Origin: Hydrotalea sp.
GTDB lineage: Bacteria; Bacteroidota; Bacteroidia; Chitinophagales; Chitinophagaceae
Length of the DNA: 64,000 nt
Direction of reading: 5' to 3'
Assembly: GCF_049968455.1 (NCBI RefSeq)
Contig: NZ_JBMFQT010000015.1
Coordinates: 6,285-70,284, forward strand
In this document: piece by piece, positions 46,633-56,240 of the stretch
Position numbering within the stretch: the stretch's first letter is position 1
Layout of the letters: every line of letters begins with the position of its first letter
Notes under the pieces: model-generated
Database searches by the model: none
The model's input: the letters and a program-made list of their open reading frames with translations, nothing else
What the model was told of the DNA's origin: nothing
Made by a program: the position numbers and the translations under genes

Positions 46633-47043
46633 TTAATTACAACTACAAGGCCATTCAGTGCGCAAATCAATACAAGTTATTACTGTTAATACATCATTAC
46701 ATTCAGCCACTATAACACGCAAATATTGATTTTCCGCTGTTATTCCTTCTAAAGCATAGCGTTTATGGCAATTATCAGCCTGCAAATTACTTTTCCGGTA
46801 ATCAATTTTCCCAAGCGCAATTATTTCAGCAATTTCCTGCTCGGTAATATGCCTACATTCCATACGGCAGCGGGCATGCCTTGAATATCGAATATATTTT
46901 GGATGAGGATTAAATTGAGAGGGTGCGCTGAAACTTGTATTTGCAGAAGACCCGGTTACAACACCCTGTTGAGAGGGATTATTACAAGCCCATAGTAATA
47001 GCAAAAACAGCCCCCATTTCAGGTATTTTGTAAAAATATGCAT
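46633..47043 (-). CDS. DUF4258-like domain protein with lipoprotein signal
   Basis: The ATG at 47043 gives 'MHIFTKYLKWGLFLLLLWAC' with a lipobox. 'YSRHARCRMECRHITEQEIAEII' resembles the DUF4258 opening motif. Confidence 0.55.
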   Translation of the reverse strand: MHIFTKYLKWGLFLLLLWACNNPSQQGVVTGSSANTSFSAPSQFNPHPKYIRYSRHARCRMECRHITEQEIAEIIALGKIDYRKSNLQADNCHKRYALEGITAENQYLRVIVAECNDVLTVITCIDLRTEWPCSCN

Positions 47044-47198
47044 GCCCAAATTTAGTGCGATTCCAAAATTTTTCATACCCTGTTAAAATTTCGCCGCCTT
47101 ATTTCGGTCACTCACCGCCCAATATTTGCCGTCTGCCTAACAACCATTGTCCACAGTAAAAGGCCAGCATAGTTTTGTGTTGTTTAAATCAAGAATAT

Positions 47199-47945
47199 AT
47201 GAGTCCTTCACAAAACAGAAGCAATGGCAGATTATTCACCGGTTTAATTTTAATTGTCGGTGGGCTATTATTGTTAGCTTATAAAATGGGCTATCCCATA
47301 CCAGTATGGGTTTTCTCCTGGCAAATGCTACTCATTGTAATTGGCATTTTAATTGGCATAAAAAATCGGTTTCAAAATTTTGGATGGCTAATCCTTATTG
47401 CAATCGGCAGCTTTTTCTTGGTTGAACAGGAGTTTGCCTTTGCTGCCTTTCACCAATATTTTTGGCCAACATTTTTAATATTAGCAGGTATATTTTTTAT
47501 TTTAAAACCCAAAAGAAACAATTCAGGTTGCAAAAAAAAATGGCAACAAGATTACCAAAATACTAATGCTGTAAACAGCCCTGCCAATGTTCAAATTAAT
47601 GAAGATGATGCCATCAATATTAATTCCATTTTTAGTGGCATACAGCATACTGTAATTTCCAAAAATTTTTTAGGGGGAAAAATCAATAGTGTTTTTGGTG
47701 GTGTAGAAATAGATTGTACACAAGCTAACATTCAAACTGCTGCTTGTTTACAAATTGAAGCCGTTTTCAGTGGCGTAAAACTAATTGTTCCGCAAAACTG
47801 GAAAGTACAAAATGAGATGGATGGTGTATTTCATGGTGTAGATGATAAAAGAAAGTTCAATACAATTAACATGGATAACGATAGTAAAATACTCACACTA
47901 AAAGGATCTGCCGTGTTTGCCGGCATAGAAATTAAAAGTTATTAG
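47199..47945 (+). CDS. LiaF-like (cell wall-active antibiotic response) membrane protein
   Basis: 4-5 TM helices are followed by 'VFGGVEIDCTQANI...IEAVFSGVKLIVPQNWKV...DGVFHGVDDKR', the repeated beta pattern of the LiaF C-terminal domain. Confidence 0.7.
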   Translation: MSPSQNRSNGRLFTGLILIVGGLLLLAYKMGYPIPVWVFSWQMLLIVIGILIGIKNRFQNFGWLILIAIGSFFLVEQEFAFAAFHQYFWPTFLILAGIFFILKPKRNNSGCKKKWQQDYQNTNAVNSPANVQINEDDAININSIFSGIQHTVISKNFLGGKINSVFGGVEIDCTQANIQTAACLQIEAVFSGVKLIVPQNWKVQNEMDGVFHGVDDKRKFNTINMDNDSKILTLKGSAVFAGIEIKSY

Positions 47946-47979
47946 TAATAACCGATTGTTACAATTAAAACTAACCTGC

Positions 47980-48933
47980 ATGAATCATAATAACAACCAT
48001 AAACAAACTATTCTGGGAGCCGGTGGTGCTATTGGTACCGAACTTGCTAAAATACTGCCGCAGTACACATCAAACATTCGCTTGGTAGCTCGTAACCCAA
48101 AAAAAATAAATGCAACAGATGAGCTGATGCCGGCCAACCTGCTGAACAGAGAAGCCGTATTTAAAGCAGTGGAAGGCAGCAGTATTGTATATGTATTAAT
48201 TGGCTTTGCCTATAACACAAATGTATGGCAACAGCAATGGGTACCATTTATAAAAAATGTAATTGATGCCTGCCTTCAGTACCAATGTAAATTGATTTTT
48301 TTTGATAATGTGTATGCGTTAGATGCCAATCAAATAGAACATATTACTGAAAGTTCAGCCATTCATCCAATTAGTAAAAAAGGAAAAGTTAGAGCAGAAG
48401 TTGATAATCTAATAATCAATGCCATTGAGCAGCAACAACTGCAAGCCATCATTGCACGTTCGCCCGATTTTTTTGGCACTACAATTGACAAAAGTTTATT
48501 AATGACAATGGTTTACCAAAATCTATTAAAAGGGAAAAAAGCACAATGGATTTGCAATGCGAATGTAATGCATAGCATGGGCTATACACCTGATTTAGCG
48601 AAAGGCACTGCTTTATTAGGCAATACCAATGATGCATATAACCAAATATGGAATTTGCCCGTATCAGACCAAGCCCTTACCGGAAAGGAGTGGATTGAAC
48701 TGTTTGCGCATGCTATGCAGGTGCCGGCTAAAATGCAGGTATTACCCAAATGGGCTATTCAAACTTTGGGCATATTTATTCCTATTATAAAAGAGTTAAG
48801 TGAAATGACTTATCAGTATGATAGAGATTATTTTTTTGATAGTACCAAGTTTATCAAAACATTTGAATATGTGCCCACTACCAATTTTGCTGCGATAAAT
48901 GAGGTAGTAAATACACTAAAGGCAAATAAATAA
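47980..48933 (+). CDS. NAD(P)-binding Rossmann protein (atypical SDR/NmrA-like epimerase family)
   Basis: 'ILGAGGAIGTELAKIL' glycine-rich motif. It has the length and layout of extended or atypical SDRs. Confidence 0.75.
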   Translation: MNHNNNHKQTILGAGGAIGTELAKILPQYTSNIRLVARNPKKINATDELMPANLLNREAVFKAVEGSSIVYVLIGFAYNTNVWQQQWVPFIKNVIDACLQYQCKLIFFDNVYALDANQIEHITESSAIHPISKKGKVRAEVDNLIINAIEQQQLQAIIARSPDFFGTTIDKSLLMTMVYQNLLKGKKAQWICNANVMHSMGYTPDLAKGTALLGNTNDAYNQIWNLPVSDQALTGKEWIELFAHAMQVPAKMQVLPKWAIQTLGIFIPIIKELSEMTYQYDRDYFFDSTKFIKTFEYVPTTNFAAINEVVNTLKANK

Positions 48934-49020
48934 ATGGAATAATGTACTGAAAAAATACACCAATGGATATCCGTTAAAAGCAAACAAACAATTAATAAAA
49001 CAGTTGAAACAACTTTTTTT

Positions 49021-49377
49021 ATGAAATATTATATCGCTAAAATGGTGTTCAAAATACAATGCGGCAATGGTAAACATGTTCCGCAATTTGATGAACAAAT
49101 AAGGTTGTTTTATGCTAATAGTGCAAATATTGCGCTTCAAAAAGCAATTAATACGGGTAATGAAGAAGCACAAACGTTTTTTAATAACAACCATCAGCTT
49201 GTACAATGGATATTCTTAGGCATTACCGATTTATTTGAAATTGAAAAACTTACTGACGGCATTGAATTAAGTTCATGCATTAAGGAAATTGACGAAGCAG
49301 AAAATTATGAGTATTTTACTCAAAAAAAGGCTGCCCAACTTCAAGAAAAACTTTTATTAACTCATACGATAATTTAA
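49021..49377 (+). CDS. DUF4288-like protein
   Basis: 'KYYIAKMVFKIQCGNGKHVPQFDEQIRLFYA...VQWIFLGITDLFEI' matches the DUF4288 pattern as I recall it. Confidence 0.65.
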   Translation: MKYYIAKMVFKIQCGNGKHVPQFDEQIRLFYANSANIALQKAINTGNEEAQTFFNNNHQLVQWIFLGITDLFEIEKLTDGIELSSCIKEIDEAENYEYFTQKKAAQLQEKLLLTHTII

Positions 49378-49384
49378 TCGGCAA

Positions 49385-50437
49385 GTGACCAAATCATTTT
49401 TCAACGGCAAAAACCGTATTATAGCCCTCGCCATTTGGTGGATGCTTTGGATAGTATGGCAATGGAATATCTTAATTATTTCAGGCCTAAACGTTTTTGT
49501 TGCAGCTTTCGACAGTTTATTGGAAAATTTGTTGTTATTCGCCAGCAGTTGGATTGTTATCAATAATATGCGTTATTATTTGCCCAAGAAAGAAAAATAT
49601 GGATACACCCTTATTACAAGTCTTATTTTGAGTTTAGCATCTGCTATTATAGCACAAATAATTGCACAACTATTATTTCCCAATAACATTTCCTATTTGC
49701 AACTTTTAAGAAGCACCTTATTTATACGCTGGGCATACGGGTTTTTAATGTTGAGTTCTATTACACTTGCAGGAATGATCTGGTACATACAATTAGAAGC
49801 ACAACAACAAGAAGCACAACAAGAAAATTTAACCAATTTGGCTAAGGAAGCTGAATTGGCAAAACTGCGCCAGCAATTACAACCCCATTTTTTATTCAAT
49901 AGTTTAAATTCAATTAGTGCTTTAACTTCTGTACAACCTGAAAAAGCCAGGGTAATGATTCAAGAATTATCTGAATTTTTAAGAGGCACTATTCGAAAGG
50001 AAGAACAATGGAATACATTAGAAGAAGAGCTTTCCTATATGCGCTTATACTTATCCATTGAACAAGTTCGTTTTGGCCATCGTTTATTAACCAACATTCA
50101 ATCTAACAAAAATGCACTACCGTTAGTGCTTCCCTCACTGTTAATTCAACCATTGGTAGAAAATGCCATCAAATTTGGACTTTACGATACTATTGGAGAA
50201 GTAACCATTAGTATTTTGGCAAAAGTTGAAAAAAATTATTTGATCATCACTGTTACTAATCCCTATGATGCAGAAACAGCTAATACCCTAAGCGGAACGG
50301 GATTTGGTTTAACTGCAATTAAGCGAAGATTGTGGTTATTATTTGGTCGCAACGATTTATTAGTAATTGATAAAACCAATAGCCGGTTTTCTGTAACACT
50401 GCAAATTCCGCAACCTTTAAAACCAACAAATGCATAG
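49385..50437 (+). CDS. LytS/YehU-type sensor histidine kinase (His_kinase PF06580)
   Basis: 4-5 TM helices, then 'AELAKLRQQLQPHFLFNSLNSISAL' (H-box of the LytS family), 'NAIKFG' and 'GTGFGL'. Confidence 0.9.
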   Translation: MTKSFFNGKNRIIALAIWWMLWIVWQWNILIISGLNVFVAAFDSLLENLLLFASSWIVINNMRYYLPKKEKYGYTLITSLILSLASAIIAQIIAQLLFPNNISYLQLLRSTLFIRWAYGFLMLSSITLAGMIWYIQLEAQQQEAQQENLTNLAKEAELAKLRQQLQPHFLFNSLNSISALTSVQPEKARVMIQELSEFLRGTIRKEEQWNTLEEELSYMRLYLSIEQVRFGHRLLTNIQSNKNALPLVLPSLLIQPLVENAIKFGLYDTIGEVTISILAKVEKNYLIITVTNPYDAETANTLSGTGFGLTAIKRRLWLLFGRNDLLVIDKTNSRFSVTLQIPQPLKPTNA

Positions 50438-50438
50438 T

Positions 50439-51167
50439 ATGAAATGTATTATTATTGATGATGAGCCTTTAGCACGCAGTATTATAAAAGAATATTTACA
50501 AGCATATCCTAACATTGAAATCGTAGCTGAGTGCAGTGATGGATTTGAAGCGGCTAAAAGCATTCAGCAATACCAACCCAACTTGTTGTTTTTAGATATA
50601 CAAATGCCGAAAATAAACGGGTTTGAATTGTTAGAATTAGTAGAAACAAAAGCCTCGGTAATTTTTACTACTGCATTTGACGAATATGCTTTAAAAGCAT
50701 TTGAACAAAATGCCATTGATTATTTGCTAAAACCTTTTAGCAAAGAACGATTTCACAAGGCCATTGAAAAAGCTTTGCACAATTCCGATTATAATAACAC
50801 AACATCTTTACCTGAAAATTTATTCAACACAACACTTTCAGCCAATCGCATTGTAGTAAAGGACGGCAGTAAAATAAAAATCATTCCATTATCACAAATA
50901 CATTTTTTAGAAGCGGCCGATGATTACGTAAAAATCATTACATCAGAAGGTACATTTTTAAAGAAAAAAACCATGCAGTATTTTGAGCAAATGTTGCCTC
51001 AACAGCAGTTTGCCCGAATTCATCGATCATACATTGTAAACCTGCAATTCATTACCAAAATAGAACTATTGGAAAAGGAAAATTATGCGGCCATATTAAA
51101 TACCGGACAACAATTACCGGTAAGCAAAACAGGATATAGTAGATTAAAAACAGTATTGGGAATATAA
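50439..51167 (+). CDS. LytTR-family response regulator
   Basis: REC 'CIIIDDEP...LLFLDIQMPKINGFEL'. The C-terminal LytTR domain is 'IHFLEAADDYVKIIT...ARIHRSYIVNLQFI'. The start is ATG 50439, or 50430, which would overlap the kinase stop. Confidence 0.92.
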   Translation: MKCIIIDDEPLARSIIKEYLQAYPNIEIVAECSDGFEAAKSIQQYQPNLLFLDIQMPKINGFELLELVETKASVIFTTAFDEYALKAFEQNAIDYLLKPFSKERFHKAIEKALHNSDYNNTTSLPENLFNTTLSANRIVVKDGSKIKIIPLSQIHFLEAADDYVKIITSEGTFLKKKTMQYFEQMLPQQQFARIHRSYIVNLQFITKIELLEKENYAAILNTGQQLPVSKTGYSRLKTVLGI

Positions 51168-51213
51168 AAACGGAATGCCATTTGTGTAAAACAGCATTCC
51201 GTTTGAAAAAAAA
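51166..51213. terminator. Bidirectional-looking hairpin between convergent genes
   Basis: 11-bp stem AAACGGAATGC/GCATTCCGTTT (51168-51178 and 51194-51204), flanked by A-runs on the plus strand (T-runs on the minus strand). Confidence 0.6.
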
Positions 51214-51220
51214 TATTGAC

Positions 51221-52495
51221 TTATTCTGATTTGTATACCTTACCTGCTTTCATTACAAAAACAACTTTACCCATTACTTTCACATCTTGAACGGGATCAC
51301 CATCTACTGCTACCACATCGGCCATCTTACCTTTTTCTAAACTACCAATTTTGGTATCTCCAATTAAGTCAGCTGCATTTACCGTAGCGGCTTTAATACA
51401 TTCTAAAACAGGCATACCGGCTTCGTGCATATAACCAAATTCCATCCAGTTTTTACCATGGTTGTACACACCTGCATCTGTACCAAAAGCAATTTTTACA
51501 CCGGCTTTATACGCTTTAGCAAAAGTGCCTTGTATTACACTTCCAATTTGTAAAGCTTTGGCGCGAATAATGGGAGGAAAATAGCCCGGCATTTTTGCTG
51601 CAGAATCAGCTACAGATTTCCCGGCTATAATAGTTGGTACTAAATAAGTTCCTCTTTCTTTCATTAACTCCATTATTTCGGGTGTCATATAAGTACCGTG
51701 TTCAATAGAAGTTACACCAGCCAATACTGCCCTTTTCATACCTTCAGGACCATGAGCATGTGCAGCAACGCGCATACCATAATCTTTAGCGGTTTCTACA
51801 ATGGTTTTAATTTCATCTTCAGTAAATTGAGCACCGGCTCCATCTTTCTCTAAACTTAACACACCACCGGTGGCAGTAATTTTAATTAAATCAGCCCCAT
51901 CTTTATAATGTTGCCGAACAGCCTTTCTGCATTCATCATCGCCATTCACCACATTTTCATTTAATTGGGGAATCATCATAATATCTTCTCTTAAACCATT
52001 GGTAGGATCGCCATGACCGCCGGTGGTTGATATAATGGAACCAGCCGTAAAAATCCGGGGGCCAATCACTTCACCCTTATTAATAGCATTACGCAGCGCA
52101 ATATTTACTCCACTGCCTCCCACATCACGTACAGTAGTAAATCCGGCCATTAAAGTGGTTTTAGCATAAACAGCAGCCTGAAAGGCAATATCAGCGGGGT
52201 TTTGAGTTAAGCGCTTTAACATTGCATCGGGACTGGTTTGGCTTTCCAGATGCACATGCGCATCAATTAAACCGGGCATTACAGTGTATTTCTTTAAATC
52301 AATAACTTTATCACCTGAAGTAGCTGTAACATAACCCTTTTGTATGTCGGCTACTGTATCGGCTTGTACAATAACGGACATGCCTTGCTGTACAGATAAA
52401 TTTTTAACATCAATTAATTTCCCGCAATAAATAATTGTTTTTTGCGCATTGGCTGCCTGATAAAATAATAAGGCAAAGAGTAACAGTTTTTTCAT
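51221..52495 (-). CDS. Amidohydrolase-family metallo-hydrolase, secreted
   Basis: 'MPGLIDAHVHL' (HxH), 'AAHAHG' and 'FGTDAG' are metal ligand motifs. The ATG at 52495 gives the signal MKKLLLFALLFYQAANAQ. Confidence 0.85.
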   Translation of the reverse strand: MKKLLLFALLFYQAANAQKTIIYCGKLIDVKNLSVQQGMSVIVQADTVADIQKGYVTATSGDKVIDLKKYTVMPGLIDAHVHLESQTSPDAMLKRLTQNPADIAFQAAVYAKTTLMAGFTTVRDVGGSGVNIALRNAINKGEVIGPRIFTAGSIISTTGGHGDPTNGLREDIMMIPQLNENVVNGDDECRKAVRQHYKDGADLIKITATGGVLSLEKDGAGAQFTEDEIKTIVETAKDYGMRVAAHAHGPEGMKRAVLAGVTSIEHGTYMTPEIMELMKERGTYLVPTIIAGKSVADSAAKMPGYFPPIIRAKALQIGSVIQGTFAKAYKAGVKIAFGTDAGVYNHGKNWMEFGYMHEAGMPVLECIKAATVNAADLIGDTKIGSLEKGKMADVVAVDGDPVQDVKVMGKVVFVMKAGKVYKSE

Positions 52496-52573
52496 AATAA
52501 TTTTTTTGGTTGGAGTAGTTAAGATAAGCAAATTAAATTGTTCAAACTTTAAAATGAACAAGTGAATTAGAAA

Positions 52574-52601
52574 TGAAAAAGCCCCTGAAGAGTCAGAGGC
52601 T
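52574..52601 (-). terminator. Rho-independent terminator after the peroxiredoxin gene
   Basis: On the minus strand, AGCCTCTGA-CTCT-TCAGGGGCT (one mismatch) is followed by TTTTT. Confidence 0.7.
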
Positions 52602-52631
52602 TAAGTATAACAAGTAAAATGAAAACAAAAA

Positions 52632-53270
52632 TTATTCTTTATCGGGCTGAGGAGTGTAACGCAAATATGGTTTTACTACTTTTACACCTTTAGGAAATTT
52701 AGCCGGTGCTTCTTCTGTACTTACTCCCAATCCTATAATTACATCCTCACCGGGATTCCAGTTGGCGGGAGTTGCTACAGGATATTTAGCACTTAATTGC
52801 AAAGAATCTAACACACGCAAAACTTCATTAAAGTTGCGGCCTGTTGAAGCAGGATAAGTAATGTAAAGTTTTAATTTTTTATCAGGGCCAATAATGAATA
52901 AGGAACGCACAGTATGTGTTTCAGATGCATTAGGATGAATCATATCAAACAGCTGAGCAATTTTTTTGTCTTCATCCGCAATAATCGGAAAATCTACATG
53001 CGTGTGCTGGGTTTCATTAATGTCATTAATCCATTTTTTGTGACTTTCAACATCATCTACGCTTAAAGCCAATACTTTGGTATTGCGCTTATCAAATTCG
53101 GCTTTTAATAAAGCTGTTTTACCTAACTCAGTAGTACATACAGGGGTATAATCAGCAGGGTGTGAAAATAAAATACCCCAGCTGTCGCCTAAGTACTCAT
53201 AAAAATCAATGTCACCAATAGAGGTTTTTGCTTTGAAATTGGGAACGGTGTCTCCTAAATGTAAGCTCAT
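52632..53270 (-). CDS. Peroxiredoxin (1-Cys Prx6-like)
   Basis: 'LFSHPADYTPVCTTELG' is the peroxidatic Cys motif. At 212 aa it has the C-terminal extension typical of the Prx6 subfamily. Confidence 0.92.
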   Translation of the reverse strand: MSLHLGDTVPNFKAKTSIGDIDFYEYLGDSWGILFSHPADYTPVCTTELGKTALLKAEFDKRNTKVLALSVDDVESHKKWINDINETQHTHVDFPIIADEDKKIAQLFDMIHPNASETHTVRSLFIIGPDKKLKLYITYPASTGRNFNEVLRVLDSLQLSAKYPVATPANWNPGEDVIIGLGVSTEEAPAKFPKGVKVVKPYLRYTPQPDKE

Positions 53271-53381
53271 AAACTATAAATTTAAATGGTTCAAAAATTC
53301 AACTTTTGGGAATGCAGGTGCAAAGATAATTACTCTACCAATTAAGTAGGGTATTGTTTTCATTTCACTAAAAAATTAACA

Positions 53382-54530
53382 TTACACACTCCTTCCTTTT
53401 CTAAGCGCAAAGTTACCGTATTTGTTTTTTACAGCATCAATTGCTTGGTATAAGCTGGCTTTTGTGTGTGTTGCATTAAACAAATCGGGCGGTTTTCCAT
53501 ATTTATTCAAATTACTTAGCCTTACTCCTAATAATCGTACCGCTTGCTTACCTGAGTATAATGTTTGTAACAACTGTTTAGCAACAGGTATTAATTCATC
53601 ATCACAAAAAGTGAGGGGTATGGTAACTTGTTTAGATTGTGTAGTAAAATCGGCATAACGTATTTTAACGGCAATGCAAGCAGTAAACAAATTGTCCTGT
53701 CTAAGTTCATAAGCTACTTTTTCCGTCATCTGCACCAATTTTTTTTCTAAAAACAATAGGTCGGTGGTATTTTCAGAAAAAGTTTGTTCGGTTGAAATTG
53801 ATTTCACTTCATGCGATTCATGCAAAGGCATATCATAATGCCCATTGGCTATTGAATGTAAAGTTTGCCCCCACTTACCTAACTTTTGTTCTAAATGCGA
53901 GGGCGCAAATTGTAAAATGTCATGAATGGTATGAATGCCCATTTTTTGTAAAACAGGTAAAGTGTGTTTACCAACACCTGGTATTTTTTGTACAGGCAAG
54001 GGTGCCAGGAATTCTTTTTCACGTCCGGGTTGCACAAATAGGTATCCGCTAGGTTTCGCTTCATCGGTAGCAATTTTAGCAATTAACTTTGTGCTGGCTA
54101 ACCCAAAAGAAATGGGCAAGCCGGTTGCAGCCATAATTTGCTGACGTAAATCTATAGTCCATTGCAAAGGATTAAAATAAGTATCCATTCCTGTTAAGTC
54201 AATATAAAACTCATCAATACTGGCTTTTTGAAAGGCAGGTGCGGCAAGGGCAATGATTTCGGTAACCCGGTTAGAGAAACGGCTATACTCTTTATAAGAA
54301 CCGGGCAATACAATTGCTTGGGGGCAAAGCTGTAAAGCACGCTTCATAGGCATGGCACTATGAATACCAAATTTTCGAGCTGCATAACTGCAGGCAGCCA
54401 CTACCCCCCTTTCACTACTACCCCCTACCAAAACAGGCTGATGTTGCAGGGCAGGATTTTTAATGACTTCCACACTCACAAAAAATGAGTCTAAATCAAA
54501 ATGGGCAATATAACGCTGTGGTTGATTCAT
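53382..54530 (-). CDS. dinB: DNA polymerase IV (Y-family)
   Basis: 'IAHFDLDSFFVSVE', 'SIDEFYIDLT', 'KLIAKIATDEAKP' and 'IPGVGKHT'. Confidence 0.93.
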   Translation of the reverse strand: MNQPQRYIAHFDLDSFFVSVEVIKNPALQHQPVLVGGSSERGVVAACSYAARKFGIHSAMPMKRALQLCPQAIVLPGSYKEYSRFSNRVTEIIALAAPAFQKASIDEFYIDLTGMDTYFNPLQWTIDLRQQIMAATGLPISFGLASTKLIAKIATDEAKPSGYLFVQPGREKEFLAPLPVQKIPGVGKHTLPVLQKMGIHTIHDILQFAPSHLEQKLGKWGQTLHSIANGHYDMPLHESHEVKSISTEQTFSENTTDLLFLEKKLVQMTEKVAYELRQDNLFTACIAVKIRYADFTTQSKQVTIPLTFCDDELIPVAKQLLQTLYSGKQAVRLLGVRLSNLNKYGKPPDLFNATHTKASLYQAIDAVKNKYGNFALRKGRSV

Positions 54531-54616
54531 ATAATTACAGCAACTAAATTACTGAGATAAAGAAGAATAAATGAACCCTTTCACCAAACACCCATTTTCT
54601 GCTTAATGGCATTTTA

Positions 54617-55021
54617 TCATCGCAACACCTGCAAAACAGCCTCATCTATTCGCCTTGGATGAAAATTAGCACGGTGTACCAAAGCCCAAATGCTCGTGGC
54701 TTTTACAATGGTTTTGTTATCGCTTAAACGAACAATGGTATAATGGCGTTGCCAGGTTACACCTGTATGTTGGCCGGGCCAAGTAGTTATTTCCAATTCG
54801 TCGCCCAAAAATGCACCGGCCAAATAATCTATTTCGTGCCTACGTACCACCCATAATACTTCTTTATGAAGTGCTTCTGGTACTTTTTGCATCCAATGCT
54901 GATAAGCAGCATCTTGCAACCACTGCACATACACCACATTGTTCACATGCTGTAAATGATCTAAATGATTGGCCGTTACCGTAATTTTATAGCGATAGGG
55001 CGGATAAATTTCCTCTTGCAT
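54617..55021 (-). CDS. Acyl-CoA thioesterase (4HBT/YbgC-like hotdog fold)
   Basis: 134 aa. 'LDHLQHVNNVVYVQWLQDA' is the typical 4HBT N-terminal catalytic region. Confidence 0.8.
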   Translation of the reverse strand: MQEEIYPPYRYKITVTANHLDHLQHVNNVVYVQWLQDAAYQHWMQKVPEALHKEVLWVVRRHEIDYLAGAFLGDELEITTWPGQHTGVTWQRHYTIVRLSDNKTIVKATSIWALVHRANFHPRRIDEAVLQVLR

Positions 55022-55024
55022 ACA

Positions 55025-55549
55025 TTATAAATAAATAGCCAATAATCCTTCAGGTAATTGTACCCAAACTTCTTTTTTCTTTCTGTCAATTTTCAACAAG
55101 GTTTCTTCATGCAAAGGCACTAATACTTCTTTTCCTTCAATGGAAATTTGAACCAATACCTGATGGGGTTGTTCTATTACTTCTTCAATCACTCCTAATA
55201 CCTTTTTATCTTCAACAACCGTGTAACCCAACAATGCTATGGGAGCTTTAGCGCTCATCAATGCCAATGCTTCTGCTTCGGGCAACCAAACATTTTTATT
55301 TAAAAAACGCTGTGCAGCCTCTTTGGTAGGTATCCCTTCCAACTGCACCCAAATTTCTTGCTCATTCTTAGCTTTTACCTGCTCAATAAAATAGGGCAAA
55401 TAGCTATTTTTTTGCTGCTCTATAAAAAGCGCCTTTATGCCTTTTAGTGTAGTTTTTTTTCCCAATGCGTGCTGCACAAGTACTTGTCCGCTAGTACCAA
55501 AAGTAGCTACAACTTTTCCAATGTGAATATAAGGTTGAATGGGATGCAT
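55025..55549 (-). CDS. rimM: 16S rRNA processing protein RimM
   Basis: 'IGKVVATFGTSGQVLV' opening, a PRC-barrel C-terminus, and a position immediately downstream of rpsP. Confidence 0.88.
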   Translation of the reverse strand: MHPIQPYIHIGKVVATFGTSGQVLVQHALGKKTTLKGIKALFIEQQKNSYLPYFIEQVKAKNEQEIWVQLEGIPTKEAAQRFLNKNVWLPEAEALALMSAKAPIALLGYTVVEDKKVLGVIEEVIEQPHQVLVQISIEGKEVLVPLHEETLLKIDRKKKEVWVQLPEGLLAIYL

Positions 55550-55583
55550 GATTAAATAATAGGTTCAAAGTTATATTTCTAAA

Positions 55584-55628
55584 ATAAAAAAAGCCCGATT
55601 ACCAAAATGGCTAACGGGCTAATTTTTT
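55584..55628 (-). terminator. Hairpin with T-run between rpsP and rimM (terminator or attenuator)
   Basis: On the minus strand, AGCCCG...(17-nt partly paired loop)...CGGGCT is followed by TTTTTTTAT. Confidence 0.55.
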
Positions 55629-55641
55629 TGTGCAGGGCTTA

Positions 55642-56091
55642 CTATGCTTCTGAACCGCCTTCAGCTGGTTGTTCTTCAACCTTTTTAACTACAGGTTTGT
55701 ATTCCTGACGCTGACGCTTTTGTTGTTTGTGTGCATCGCTTCTGCGTTTTAACTGGGCTTCATGCTCATCGTGCCATGCTTGAAATTTGGTCATAGCCGT
55801 TGCATCATCAAATAATCCCAGTGAAACACCGCGCAACAAATGCTTCAGATACAAAACACCTTTGAAAGAAAGGATTCTTCTTACTGTGTCGGTAGGTTGT
55901 GCACCTTTATGTAACCAGTCTAAAGCTTTCTGACGATCTAATTGAATGGTTGCCGGTACGGTTAAAGGATTGTAAGTGCCCAGTTTTTGGATGAATTTAC
56001 CATCTCTGGGTGCACGGGCATCGGCCACAACTATAAAATAGAAGGGGCGTTTTTTACTGCCGTGTCTTTGTAATCTCATTTTTACTGCCAT
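55642..56091 (-). CDS. rpsP: 30S ribosomal protein S16 with a basic/acidic C-terminal extension
   Basis: '[42 protein letters not shown]' is the canonical S16. About 60 extra C-terminal residues are rich in K/Q/E. Confidence 0.95.
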   Translation of the reverse strand: MAVKMRLQRHGSKKRPFYFIVVADARAPRDGKFIQKLGTYNPLTVPATIQLDRQKALDWLHKGAQPTDTVRRILSFKGVLYLKHLLRGVSLGLFDDATAMTKFQAWHDEHEAQLKRRSDAHKQQKRQRQEYKPVVKKVEEQPAEGGSEA

Positions 56092-56240
56092 GTTAAATAG
56101 ACATTTAAAGGCGTTAAGAAATAGGGTTTCGTTTAATTTGGACGGCGAAAATAATAAAGGATTACTTTCCCGCCAAGTTTAGCTAAAAACTTTTTATAAT
56201 TTAATACAAAATTATGAGTTTCATCAAGTTTCCAGGTTTT

